DNA of 64,000 bases, from the NCBI GenBank assembly GCA_036000665.1, contig DASYUZ010000112.1, positions 19,442 to 83,441 on the forward strand, written 5' to 3'. Numbering within the stretch: the first letter of the stretch is position 1; each line of letters starts with the position of its first letter. The notes under the pieces are model-generated. The model was not told where the DNA came from. It worked only from the letters and a program-made list of their open reading frames with translations, and made no database searches. Below are positions 54,533-63,955 of the stretch, piece after piece. The DNA comes from Gaiellaceae bacterium (GTDB lineage Bacteria > Actinomycetota > Thermoleophilia > Gaiellales > Gaiellaceae). A program made the translations under genes and the position numbers.

Positions 54533-55600
54533 GTGGCAGAGACTGCTCGGGAGCGACGGTCCGCTTTCGCCGGTGCAGCCGGCTACGTGCCCCGCACGGT
54601 CGTCGGCTGGCTCGGGCTGGGGTTCATCGGGCTGCTCGTGTTCTGGCTGGGGGCGAATCTCGTCAACGACCCGAGCGAGTTCTTCAACGTCCTCTTCATC
54701 GGGCTCACGAACGGCGCGGTCTACGCGCTCGTCGCGCTGGGCTACACGCTCGTCTACGGGATCCTGCAGCTGATCAACTTTGCGCACGGCGACGTGTTCG
54801 CGCTCGGCGGCCTCGTCTCGTCCAGCGTGATCCTGACCTGGTTCGGCGTCAGCGGCGAGTCGGCGACCGGGATCACGATCCTCGCAGTGGCGGTGGCGCT
54901 GATCGTGGCGATCCTCTTCTCGTCGACCCTGAACGTGGCGATCGAGCTGGTCGCCTACCGGCGGCTGCGCAACGCGCCGCGGCTCGCGCCGCTGATCACG
55001 GCGGTGGGGATGTCGTTCATCCTCCAGGACGTCGGGCTCGTCAAGTGGGGCGTCGAGTACCAGACAGTCGACCCGCTGATCCCGAACTCGGTCGCGTTCT
55101 CGATCGGCGACGTCGCGTTCCAGTGGAACAAGCTCTCGGTGCTGGCGCTCACGATCCCCGTCCTGCTCGCGCTCAGCTGGCTCGTCACCTCGACGAAGCA
55201 GGGCAAGGCGATGCGCGCGACGTCCCAGGACATGGACGCCGCCGCGATGATGGGGATCAGCGTCAACCGGACGATCTCGTTCACCTTCGCGCTCGCGGGC
55301 GGGCTCGCGGGCGCCGGCGGCCTCCTCTACTTCATGCACTTCACGTCGATCCGCTACGACACCGGCTTCCAGCTCGGGCTGATCGCGTTCACTGCCGCGG
55401 TGCTCGGCGGGATCGGCAATCTGACGGGCGCGGTCGTGGGCGCAGTATGCATCGGGCTGGTCGAGCAGTTCAACGAGGGGCTCGAGCTCTACTCGCCGGG
55501 CGGCGACTGGACGCGCTCGATCGTGTTCGGGATGCTGATCGCGACGCTCGTCTTCCGGCCCGAGGGCCTCCTGGGCGAGAGGACGCCCGAAGGACAATGA
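54533..55600 (+). CDS. Branched-chain amino acid ABC transporter permease (LivH-like)
   Basis: 355-aa polytopic protein of LivH type (ALGYTLVYGILQLINFAHG). Confidence 0.9.
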   Translation: MAETARERRSAFAGAAGYVPRTVVGWLGLGFIGLLVFWLGANLVNDPSEFFNVLFIGLTNGAVYALVALGYTLVYGILQLINFAHGDVFALGGLVSSSVILTWFGVSGESATGITILAVAVALIVAILFSSTLNVAIELVAYRRLRNAPRLAPLITAVGMSFILQDVGLVKWGVEYQTVDPLIPNSVAFSIGDVAFQWNKLSVLALTIPVLLALSWLVTSTKQGKAMRATSQDMDAAAMMGISVNRTISFTFALAGGLAGAGGLLYFMHFTSIRYDTGFQLGLIAFTAAVLGGIGNLTGAVVGAVCIGLVEQFNEGLELYSPGGDWTRSIVFGMLIATLVFRPEGLLGERTPEGQ

Positions 55601-55601
55601 C

Positions 55602-56843
55602 ATGACCGAAGCCCCGAAGAAGTTCGGCGGCCGCGCGCCTGCGCGCGTCGGGCGGTTCCTCGGCAGCCGCGGCGGCGGGACGCTCGACTTCCTCCCTGCG
55701 CCAGTCCGGCACCTCGTGCTCCCCGGCGTCGTGGCGCTGTTCGCGTTCCTCTACCCGACGCTGCTGCCGTACCTGAACGACTTCCCCGCGATCGGCGACC
55801 TGCTCCCATCGGTCGGGACGGCGGTGATCATGATCGTCTTCACGATGATGGCCGTGGGCCTGAACGTCGTCGTCGGCTATGCGGGCCTGCTCGACCTCGG
55901 CTACGTCGCCTTCTACGCTGCGGGCGCGTACACCGCTGCGTGGTTCGCCTCGCTGCAGTTCGAGCAGGTCACGCTCCACTTCGGCGACGTCGGGATCAAC
56001 AAGGACCTCCCCGGGATCCATCTCTCGATCTGGCTGATCCTGATCCTGGCGGGCTGCTTCACCGCCACGGTCGGGATCCTGATCGGCCTGCCGACGCTTC
56101 GCCTCCGCGGCGACTACCTAGCGATCGTGACGCTGGGGTTCGGAGAGATCATCCCGCAGTTTGTTCGCAATGCGGACAACCTCGGCGGCTTCGACCTCAC
56201 GCACGGCACGTTCGGGATCAGCCCGATCGACTCGCCGGGGTTCGGTCAGACGCTCCACGACACGCTCGGCCTGCCTTTGAACTTCCAGCAGTCGTCCAAC
56301 CGTGCCGAGCTCTACTTCTACACGGCCGTGGTGCTGCTCCTCTTCACGGTGTTCGTCTCGGTGCGGCTACGCGATTCGCGGCTGGGACGCGCCTGGGTGG
56401 CGATCCGTGAGGACGAGACCGCGGCCGCGGCCATGGGCATTCCGCTGATGCGAACGAAGACGTGGGCCTACGCGATCGGCGCCTTCTTCGGGGGCATCGC
56501 CGGCGCGTACTACGCAGTGTTCAAGGTCGGAGCGTTTCCGAGCGACTTCTTCTTCAACATCTCGATCTTCATCCTCTGCATGGTCATCCTCGGCGGGATG
56601 GGGAGCGTCTGGGGCGCGCTCATCGGCGGCGTGATCCTCTCCTACCTCGACCAGGAGGGACTGGCGAAGATCGGCACCGCGGTCGGGATCAACGACGTGC
56701 CGAAGTACAACTTCGGGATCTACGGGTTCATCATCGTCCTGATGATGCTCTTCCGCCCGACCGGACTGATCGCCGAGCGGCGGCACAAACGGGAGCTCGA
56801 GGAAGGCGTCCACGACGAGTCGCTCTACGGGGTGCAGCAGTAG
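55602..56843 (+). CDS. Branched-chain amino acid ABC transporter permease (LivM-like)
   Basis: 413-aa polytopic protein of LivM type. Confidence 0.9.
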   Translation: MTEAPKKFGGRAPARVGRFLGSRGGGTLDFLPAPVRHLVLPGVVALFAFLYPTLLPYLNDFPAIGDLLPSVGTAVIMIVFTMMAVGLNVVVGYAGLLDLGYVAFYAAGAYTAAWFASLQFEQVTLHFGDVGINKDLPGIHLSIWLILILAGCFTATVGILIGLPTLRLRGDYLAIVTLGFGEIIPQFVRNADNLGGFDLTHGTFGISPIDSPGFGQTLHDTLGLPLNFQQSSNRAELYFYTAVVLLLFTVFVSVRLRDSRLGRAWVAIREDETAAAAMGIPLMRTKTWAYAIGAFFGGIAGAYYAVFKVGAFPSDFFFNISIFILCMVILGGMGSVWGALIGGVILSYLDQEGLAKIGTAVGINDVPKYNFGIYGFIIVLMMLFRPTGLIAERRHKRELEEGVHDESLYGVQQ

Positions 56844-57625
56844 TGGCCGCGGAGTTGCTCAACGCCACGGACGTGCGCAAGGAGTTCGGCGGCCTGATCG
56901 CCGTCAACGACGTCGACTTCACGATTCCGCAGGGCTCGATCGTGAGCCTGATCGGTCCGAACGGTGCGGGAAAGACGACGTTCTTCAACATGCTCACCGG
57001 CGTCTACAAGCCGACCGCCGGGAAGATCGAGTTCGATGGGACCTCGATCGCGGGCAAGCCGCCGCATGCGATCACCCAGCTCGGGATCGGGCGCACCTTC
57101 CAGAACATCCGGCTCTTTCAGCAGATGACCGCGCTCGAGAACGTGCTCGTCGGGATGCACGGGCGGCTCTCGGGCGGGATCGTGCGCTCGGTGCTGCGCA
57201 CGCCCGGCCTGCGGCGCGAGGAGCGGCGGGCACGCGAACGGGCCCACGAGCTGCTCCGCTTCTCGGGGCTCCGCGGCGGCGACGACGCGGCGGCGCGGAA
57301 TCTCTCCTACGGCGACCAGCGCCGCCTGGAGGTCGCGCGTGCGCTCGCCACGGAACCGAAGCTGCTCCTGCTCGACGAGCCGACGGCGGGCATGAACCCG
57401 CAGGAGACTGCGGCGTTCACGGACTTCGTCGCGAAGCTGCGCACAGAGCAGCAGCTCACCGTGCTGATGATCGAGCACGACATGAAGGTCGTGATGGGTA
57501 TCTCCGACCGCGTGACCGTGCTCGACTACGGCGAGAAGATCGCCGAGGGCGCGCCGCAGGAGGTGCAGAAGGACGAGCGCGTAATCGAGGCGTATCTCGG
57601 CAGGCAGGCGACGACGACCGGATGA
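56843..57625 (+). CDS. ABC transporter ATP-binding protein (LivG-like)
   Basis: GTG 56843 lies in a TAGTG junction. GPNGAGKTT, LSYGDQRRLE and LLLDEPT motifs are present. Confidence 0.9.
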   Translation: MAAELLNATDVRKEFGGLIAVNDVDFTIPQGSIVSLIGPNGAGKTTFFNMLTGVYKPTAGKIEFDGTSIAGKPPHAITQLGIGRTFQNIRLFQQMTALENVLVGMHGRLSGGIVRSVLRTPGLRREERRARERAHELLRFSGLRGGDDAAARNLSYGDQRRLEVARALATEPKLLLLDEPTAGMNPQETAAFTDFVAKLRTEQQLTVLMIEHDMKVVMGISDRVTVLDYGEKIAEGAPQEVQKDERVIEAYLGRQATTTG

Positions 57626-58347
57626 GCTCCAACGGCCCGATCCTCGACCTGAAGGACGTCCACACGTTCTACGGCTCGATTCAGGCCCTGAAGGGGATCT
57701 CGCTCGACGTGAACGAAGGCGAGATCGTGACCCTGATCGGCGCCAACGGTGCGGGGAAGTCGACGACGTTGCGGTCGATCAACGGGCTGAACCGTCCGCG
57801 CCGCGGGACGATCCGCTTCCGGGGAGAAGACATCACGAATGCCACGCCGCACCGGATCGTGCAGATGGGCATCGCGCAGTCGCCGGAGGGGCGCCGGCTC
57901 TTCCCGCGCATGAGCGTGCTGGAGAACCTGGAGATGGGTGCGTTCCAACGCACCGACAAGGCGAACTTCCGCGAAGATCTCGAGCGCGTCTACTCGCTCT
58001 TCCCCCGCCTGTCCGAGCGCAAGAGCCAGCACGCGGGAACGCTGTCCGGAGGCGAGCAGCAGATGTGCGCGATCGGCCGCGCCCTGATGGCGCGCCCGAA
58101 GCTGCTCATGCTGGACGAGCCGTCGATGGGCCTGGCGCCGATCTTCGTCGAGCGGATCTTCGACATCATCCGGGAGATCAACTCGCAGGGGATGACGATC
58201 CTGCTCGTCGAGCAGAACGCGCTGATGGCGCTCGACGTCGCGGCCCGCGGTTACGTGCTCGAGACGGGCAAGGTTGCGCTCGCCGACGACGCCAAGGCGT
58301 TGCGCCAGAACGAGCAGGTACGCAAGACGTACCTCGGCGAGACCTAG
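57622..58347 (+). CDS. ABC transporter ATP-binding protein (LivF-like)
   Basis: ATGA overlap. GANGAGKST, LSGGEQQM and LMLDEPS motifs are present. Confidence 0.92.
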   Translation: MSSNGPILDLKDVHTFYGSIQALKGISLDVNEGEIVTLIGANGAGKSTTLRSINGLNRPRRGTIRFRGEDITNATPHRIVQMGIAQSPEGRRLFPRMSVLENLEMGAFQRTDKANFREDLERVYSLFPRLSERKSQHAGTLSGGEQQMCAIGRALMARPKLLMLDEPSMGLAPIFVERIFDIIREINSQGMTILLVEQNALMALDVAARGYVLETGKVALADDAKALRQNEQVRKTYLGET

Positions 58348-59859
58348 CTAAGAGCCTTCCATCCGGATCGGGAAGTACGGCGGCGCGAGGATGACGCCGA
58401 TCCTCGGGTGGCCCCCGGCGCGGCCGCGCGCCATCTCGAGCGCGGCGCCGACGCCGTGCGTCGGGACGAAACCGAGCGCGCGCGCCGCGACCGCGTCGCG
58501 GCAACCGGCGATCAGCACCGAGCCGAGGCGGATTAGCGTCGGCTGGCAGGCCGCCCAGTCGGCGAAGGGCAGCAGCGGATGGCACGTGCGGCCTTCGCGG
58601 TACGCGCGGATCGCACGTTCATCGGCCGCGGCCGCGCGTTCTGCGTCCATCAGCTCGACGGGTTCGCGGCCGTAGCGGCTCACGGCGGCGAAGAACGTCC
58701 GGTACGGCTGCTGCGTCGGATGCGCGAATCGGCGGTGGAAGCGGTGGAGCAGGATCGCGGTCCCGCCGTCGGCGACGGGGAAGCCGTCGCGCCAGAGGCG
58801 CAGCGCGTGCGCGAGCCCCAGGTGTGCAGCGAGCAGCGGATTCGGGCGCTCGCGCGGCAAGTAGGGCGTTGTCGGCGGGATGCCGATGATCACGGTTTCG
58901 AGAGGGCGGTCGAGCACGGCTTCGCGCGCGTCGATCGAGCGCAGCAGCGCCTCCGCGTGCGCGACGGCCGGCGGGCCGGCGAACGCCGCTGCTGCCGTCA
59001 GCTCCCGCCGGAGCGAACGGAGCGCGCGGTCGCTCACCGCCGAGGGGAGCAAGCCGAAGGCGCGTCTGAGCCGCGACCGCGCCACCCGTTCGACCGTCTC
59101 GGCGTCGTACGGAAAGCCGCGGATCGTCGTGCCCATCAGCTGCGGGTTGTTGAGCACCAGCGAGACGCCGATGATCGGCACGCGTGCGGCGAGCGCGCGC
59201 TCGAGCGCGAGTGCCGACTCCCAGCCCTCGGAGGCTCCCGTCTCGAGCAGCGACCAGGCGCCGCTCGCGCGAAGCGCCTCCGGACCGCCGGCGCCGAGGA
59301 GTACGGCGGGGCCGCCGTGGAGGACCGTCTCGGCGGCGCTGACGACGACGACCGCGTCTGCGTCGGCGATCGCCCGATTCACCCGGAGCGGCACGCTTCT
59401 CCCGCGCGCGGCGTCGACGAGGTCGGGATCTTCGACGTCGTGCACGACGACCTGACCGCGGAAGCGCCGACGGAAATCGGGCGCAGCGAGCAGCGCGATG
59501 TCCGCCGGGCCGGGTCGCCGCGCGAGGCCGGCTGCGACGAGGAGCGTCTGCGCACGAGACGGCACGCCGATTCGCTCCAGCTCGTCGCTCGCGCCCTCGA
59601 TCGCGGCCTGGCGCGGGTCGGCCGGCGCGCCCGGGATCGGCAGGGCCGGCGGCTCGACGACGATCGTCACCCGCCCCGCGTTGCGGGGAACGAGCTTCTC
59701 GAGCGCCGGGCCTTCGAGCGGGAAGCGGAGCGCGTCACGGACCGCGGCGGCCACGTCGGCGATGGCTTCCCGCGGGGGAGACGGCCTCAGCACGACCGCG
59801 TCGTCGGGCGCGTTGACGACGACGACACGCGATCCGGCGAGGAGGGGCACCCTCGGCAC
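58348..59859 (-). CDS. Hypothetical protein with distant LarA_N/DUF2088-like resemblance
   Basis: 503-aa ORF from GTG 59859 with normal coding character. The N-terminal layout resembles lactate-racemase-like proteins, but I could not place any diagnostic motif. The functional call is weak. Confidence 0.5.
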   Translation of the reverse strand: MPRVPLLAGSRVVVVNAPDDAVVLRPSPPREAIADVAAAVRDALRFPLEGPALEKLVPRNAGRVTIVVEPPALPIPGAPADPRQAAIEGASDELERIGVPSRAQTLLVAAGLARRPGPADIALLAAPDFRRRFRGQVVVHDVEDPDLVDAARGRSVPLRVNRAIADADAVVVVSAAETVLHGGPAVLLGAGGPEALRASGAWSLLETGASEGWESALALERALAARVPIIGVSLVLNNPQLMGTTIRGFPYDAETVERVARSRLRRAFGLLPSAVSDRALRSLRRELTAAAAFAGPPAVAHAEALLRSIDAREAVLDRPLETVIIGIPPTTPYLPRERPNPLLAAHLGLAHALRLWRDGFPVADGGTAILLHRFHRRFAHPTQQPYRTFFAAVSRYGREPVELMDAERAAAADERAIRAYREGRTCHPLLPFADWAACQPTLIRLGSVLIAGCRDAVAARALGFVPTHGVGAALEMARGRAGGHPRIGVILAPPYFPIRMEGS

Positions 59860-59867
59860 GGCGCCCG

Positions 59868-59873
59868 ACGTTA
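59868..59873 (-). promoter_or_regulatory. -10-like TAACGT, 8 nt before GTG 59859
   Basis: TANNNT on the minus strand. Confidence 0.3.
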
Positions 59874-59880
59874 CCGCGAC

Positions 59881-59940
59881 GCCAACCCTCGACCACCCTC
59901 AAGTGCGCCTGGCACCCTTTAGGGTGGTTGAGGGTTTGGC
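59881..59940. repeat. Large imperfect inverted repeat (19-bp arms, 21-nt spacer) in the divergent LarA-like/polA intergenic region
   Basis: GCCAACCCTCGACCACCCT pairs with AGGGTGGTTGAGGGTTTGGC, with one bulged T and one G:T pair. Confidence 0.8.
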
Positions 59941-59998
59941 TGCCGCGTTGGGACACGTCTCCAGTAGAACGGCGGCCGCCGACCTCCACGGCCCGGCA

Positions 59999-60004
59999 TA
60001 GACT
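59999..60004 (+). promoter_or_regulatory. -10-like TAGACT, 7 nt before the polA ATG (predicted leaderless)
   Basis: TANNNT with no SD. Confidence 0.4.
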
Positions 60005-60011
60005 CGAAGCG

Positions 60012-62591
60012 ATGCCGAAGACGCTGACAGGAGCCGAGCTCCAGCTCGACGACGGGCCCGCACGCGACAGCGAGCTCTTCCTCGTCGACGGGAACAACCT
60101 GGCCTACCGGGCCTTCTTCGCGCTGCCCGAGGAGCTCGCGACGACCGAGGGGTTCCCGACGAACGCGCTACTCGGGTTCACGAACATGCTCTTCAAGCTG
60201 CTCTCCGACTACCGCCCGAAGGGCGTCGCGGTCGCCTGGGACACGCGCCCCGTCGAGCGGCTCGAGCAGCTCGAGACGTACAAGTCCGAGCGCCGACCGA
60301 CGCCGGACCTGCTCGGCGAGCAGTTCCCGTACTTCCGCCCGATCGTGGAGGCGTTCGGGTACCGCAACCTCGAGTTTCCGGGCTGGGAGGCCGACGACGT
60401 GATCGCGACGCTCGCGACGCGCGCCGACGAGGCGGGGATCAAGACGACGATCGTCTCGACCGACCGCGACGCGTTCCAGCTCGTCACGGACCACGTCACG
60501 CTGATGATGACGCCGCGCGGCGTCGCGGACGTGAACGTCTACACGCCGGAGCGCGTCGAGGCGCGGTACGGGATCCGCCCCGATCAGATCCCGGATTTCA
60601 TCGGCCTGAAGGGCGACACGAGCGACAACATCCCCGGCGTCCCCGGCATCGGCGACAAGACTGCGGGACAGCTGATCGCGCAGTACGGGTCGCTCGAGGA
60701 GGTGATCGCGCACGCCGACGAGCTGACGCCCGCGCGCCGGAAGAACATCCTCGAGCACGCCGAGCAGGCGCTGGTCTCGAAGCAGCTGGCGACGATGCGC
60801 CGCGACCTGGAGATCGACTGTGACCCGGCCGAGCTCGTGCTCCAGCCGCCCGACCGCTCGCAGCTGAGGGAGATGTTCCGCCGCTTCGAGTTCCGCGGGC
60901 TGCTCGGCCGCGTCGACCAGCTCGACGAGGCCGTGCCTGCGCTGCTGACGATGCGCCCCGAGGGGACCGCCGTCGCGTGGCGCGAGGGCGAGCTGCCCGA
61001 CGTTTGCGACCGAGCCGCGCTCGCGGTCGCCGACGGCCGCTTCGCGCTCGCGCGCGAGGGCGGCGTCACCGTCGGCACGTTCGATCCCAACGCAGCGCAG
61101 GCGCGCCTCCGCGACGCCGATCTCGTTGCGCATGACTTCAAGTCGCTGCCGCGGCTGACCATGACGCCCGCCGAGGACACGATGCTCGCCGCGTACCTGA
61201 TCGACCCGGGCCGCCCCGCCTACGAGCTCGACGACCTCGCGCAGGAGTATGGGCTCGAAGTGATCCCCGAGCCGCAGACCGAGGAGGAGACCGCGGCGCT
61301 CGTCCGCCACGCCGAAGCGGCGCGGCGGCTCGCGCCGGTGCTGCGCGACCGGCTGCGCGAGCGCGGCAGCGAGCAGCTCTACGACACGATCGAGCTGCCG
61401 CTCGCCGCGGTGCTCGCGTCCATGGAGGACGTCGGGATCAAGATCGACACGTACCGGATGGGCGAGATCACCGCGCGCCTCGCCGACCGCGTCGAGGAGC
61501 TTGAGTCGCGCGCCCACGAGCTCGCGGGCGAGGAGTTCATGCTCGGCTCGACGCAGCAGGTCGCGAGGATTCTGTTCGAGAAGCTCGAGCTCACGCCGGG
61601 CCGCAAGGGCAAGACGGGCTACTCGACCGACACGCGCGTCCTCCGCTCGATCCGCGACGAGCACGAGATCGTGCCCGTGATCGAGGAGTGGCGCGAGTAC
61701 TCGAAGCTCCTGAACACGTACCTGCAGCCGCTGCCGTCGCTGATCTCAGCCGAGGACGGTCGCCTGCACACGCACTTCAACCAGGCGGTCGCCTCGACCG
61801 GCCGTCTCTCGACGTCGAACCCGAACCTGCAGGCGATCCCGATCCGCACCGAGCTCGGGCGCGAGATCCGCTCGGCGTTCATCGCGGAGCCGGGCTGGAA
61901 GCTCGTCTCGGCGGACTACTCGCAGGTCGAGCTGCGCATCCTCGCGCACGTCTCCGGCGAGCCGAAGCTCCGCGAGGCGTTCGCGCGCGGCGAGGACATC
62001 CACACCGCGACCGCTGCGGAGGTACTTGGGAAGGACCCCGCGACGCTGACGAAGGACGAGCGCAACGTCGCGAAGATGGTCAACTTCGGGATCATCTACG
62101 GGATCTCCGCGTTCGGGCTCTCCGAGAACCTGGAGATCCCGCGCGAGCAGGCGCAGGAGTACATCGACGCGTACCTCGCGCGCTTCCCGTACGTGCAGGA
62201 CTTCATCGCGCGCACGATCGAGCAGGCGAAGCGAGACGGCTACGTGACGACGCTCTTCGGCCGGCGGCGTCCGGTGCCGGAGATCCGCGCCTCGAACCGG
62301 CAGACGCGGAGCCTCGGCGAGCGACTCGCGGTGAACTCGGTGATGCAGGGAACTGCCGCGGACATCATCAAGGTCGCGATGGTCGCGATCCACCGGCGGC
62401 TGCGCGACGAGGGCCGTAGCGCGCGGCTCGTCCTCCAGGTCCACGACGAGCTGCTCGTCGAGGCGCCCGAGGCCGAGGTGAGCGCCGTCAAGGACATCCT
62501 GCGCACGGAGATGGCCGCGGCCTTTCCGCTCGACCCGCCGCTCGCCCTCGACGTCGGCGCCGGCGACGACTGGAACGAGGCCAAGTCTTAG
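60012..62591 (+). CDS. polA: DNA polymerase I
   Basis: The 5'-nuclease N-terminus LVDGNNLAYRAFFA is present. Polymerase motifs A (DYSQVELRILAH), B (RNVAKMVNFGIIYG) and C (QVHDELLVE) are present. Confidence 0.95.
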   Translation: MPKTLTGAELQLDDGPARDSELFLVDGNNLAYRAFFALPEELATTEGFPTNALLGFTNMLFKLLSDYRPKGVAVAWDTRPVERLEQLETYKSERRPTPDLLGEQFPYFRPIVEAFGYRNLEFPGWEADDVIATLATRADEAGIKTTIVSTDRDAFQLVTDHVTLMMTPRGVADVNVYTPERVEARYGIRPDQIPDFIGLKGDTSDNIPGVPGIGDKTAGQLIAQYGSLEEVIAHADELTPARRKNILEHAEQALVSKQLATMRRDLEIDCDPAELVLQPPDRSQLREMFRRFEFRGLLGRVDQLDEAVPALLTMRPEGTAVAWREGELPDVCDRAALAVADGRFALAREGGVTVGTFDPNAAQARLRDADLVAHDFKSLPRLTMTPAEDTMLAAYLIDPGRPAYELDDLAQEYGLEVIPEPQTEEETAALVRHAEAARRLAPVLRDRLRERGSEQLYDTIELPLAAVLASMEDVGIKIDTYRMGEITARLADRVEELESRAHELAGEEFMLGSTQQVARILFEKLELTPGRKGKTGYSTDTRVLRSIRDEHEIVPVIEEWREYSKLLNTYLQPLPSLISAEDGRLHTHFNQAVASTGRLSTSNPNLQAIPIRTELGREIRSAFIAEPGWKLVSADYSQVELRILAHVSGEPKLREAFARGEDIHTATAAEVLGKDPATLTKDERNVAKMVNFGIIYGISAFGLSENLEIPREQAQEYIDAYLARFPYVQDFIARTIEQAKRDGYVTTLFGRRRPVPEIRASNRQTRSLGERLAVNSVMQGTAADIIKVAMVAIHRRLRDEGRSARLVLQVHDELLVEAPEAEVSAVKDILRTEMAAAFPLDPPLALDVGAGDDWNEAKS

Positions 62592-63694
62592 CCGCAGGCG
62601 TACGCGCCGCTCGTGATCTGGGCGAGTAGGTCGCGTAACGGGGCGTACGACGGCTTCGGCTGCCAGTTCGCCCACAGGAGGCCCGACTGCCACCCGGCCA
62701 GCCGCCGTTCGTCTGCGAGCTGGAAGTTGAACAACGCTCCGACGAGCGGCTGCTGGCAGTAGGCCAGCGCTAGAGCACGCTGAAGCTGATCCACCTGGTC
62801 GACAACCGGCCCCGGAGCGAGGGCGGGAATGAGTGCGAGCTCGTTCTCGAGGCCGTGATAGAGCGGGCGTCCAAAGGGCGTCCGCGTTTGGAAGCCGTCC
62901 TCGAGGTACCAGATCGTTACGCCTTGCTCGCCCAGCAGGGGCTGGTGCGTGCCGCTGAAGCTCACTTGGATCGCTCGCACGAGCGCGTCGTAATCGCCCT
63001 GTCCCACGTACCCGTTCTCGTGCACCGCCGCGGGGCTCTCCGACGACACGGAGGGATACGGGTTGTGGCCGAACGTGTCCACGAGCGGTCGCGTGCGACC
63101 CGAGGCCCGATACGCCGCGCCGACGCCGCGCACGAACTGGAGCGGGTTGTGACGCGGCGCCGTCGAGCTGATCACGTTGACGTCGGGGCGCAAGGCGTGG
63201 AGCTCGTCCCAGCACCGGCCGAGGAGCGCCGCGTACTGGCGCGGCGCGTCGCGCTGCGGACGCCAGAAGGACGGCGAGTTCACCTCGTTCCAGATCACGA
63301 TGTCGCGCGCTCCCGGGACCGCGGCGACGATCCCGCGCACGTACCTGCAGAACTGGTCGCGTGCCCGGGGTGTGCGGGGCGCGTGCCTGGCCCTCCCGGC
63401 GAACGCGAGCACCACGCGCTGCCGCAGCAGCGACATGCGGCTCAGCCTCGAGATGTAGTGCTGCTCAATGGTGCCGGGATGGAGCATCCCCGGTCGCCAG
63501 GGGAACATGACCTTGACGGTGTCGAACCCCGCGTCGCGCTGGATCCGGACGAGGCCGGGCGTATCCGCGCGCCACTTCACCCAGTCGTCATCGACGCCGA
63601 CGAGCATCGTCCGAGCGGATGCCGCCGAAGCAGGGCAAGCGACGGCAAGCACAAGGATGCCCACGCACATGCTCCGCAGTTGCCAACCGCCCAC
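62588..63694 (-). CDS. Secreted protein, possibly a clan GH-A-like glycoside hydrolase
   Basis: Signal peptide MCVGILVLAVACPASAASA is present. IVIWNEVN and IWYLEDG motifs are reminiscent of the acid/base and nucleophile strands of a TIM-barrel hydrolase. The start is GTG 63694 or ATG 63670. Confidence 0.5.
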   Translation of the reverse strand: MGGWQLRSMCVGILVLAVACPASAASARTMLVGVDDDWVKWRADTPGLVRIQRDAGFDTVKVMFPWRPGMLHPGTIEQHYISRLSRMSLLRQRVVLAFAGRARHAPRTPRARDQFCRYVRGIVAAVPGARDIVIWNEVNSPSFWRPQRDAPRQYAALLGRCWDELHALRPDVNVISSTAPRHNPLQFVRGVGAAYRASGRTRPLVDTFGHNPYPSVSSESPAAVHENGYVGQGDYDALVRAIQVSFSGTHQPLLGEQGVTIWYLEDGFQTRTPFGRPLYHGLENELALIPALAPGPVVDQVDQLQRALALAYCQQPLVGALFNFQLADERRLAGWQSGLLWANWQPKPSYAPLRDLLAQITSGAYACG

Positions 63695-63955
63695 GTTCTT
63701 TCGCAGGATGGGGAGATGGCTTCCGTCTTCAACCCCCGAAGTGGGGGATCCGGACTTGGTCTAGACGGATGGGGAGGTCAGGATCGCGGCTCTGGTCTCC
63801 GGGCCGGAGCCCACGCGTGCAGCCACTGGCAGCCGCCGACGAACTTCAGCGAGCGCCCGCCCACGTGCTGATGGCGAACGAGGCAGGTCTAGGATTCCGC
63901 GCCGTTCCCAAGTAGGATCGCCGCGGTCGTAAGTCCGAGGGAGGAGAGGAGTCGA

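Noticed and set aside
59941-60011. SOS box (TCGAAC-N4-GTTCGA type) or RecA-independent damage promoter upstream of polA.
   Set aside because: No match beyond isolated half-sites such as TAGAAC.
63695-63955. Possible cyclic-di-AMP (ydaO-type) riboswitch in the 261-nt spacer upstream of secreted-protein genes. The cues were the strings GUGGGGGAUCC, GAUGGGGAGG and GGUCGUAAGUCCGAGGGAGGAG.
   Set aside because: The highly conserved CCCG..CAGCUAACC core is absent on both strands. I could not draw the pseudo-two-fold architecture. It is worth an Infernal scan but is not supportable by eye.
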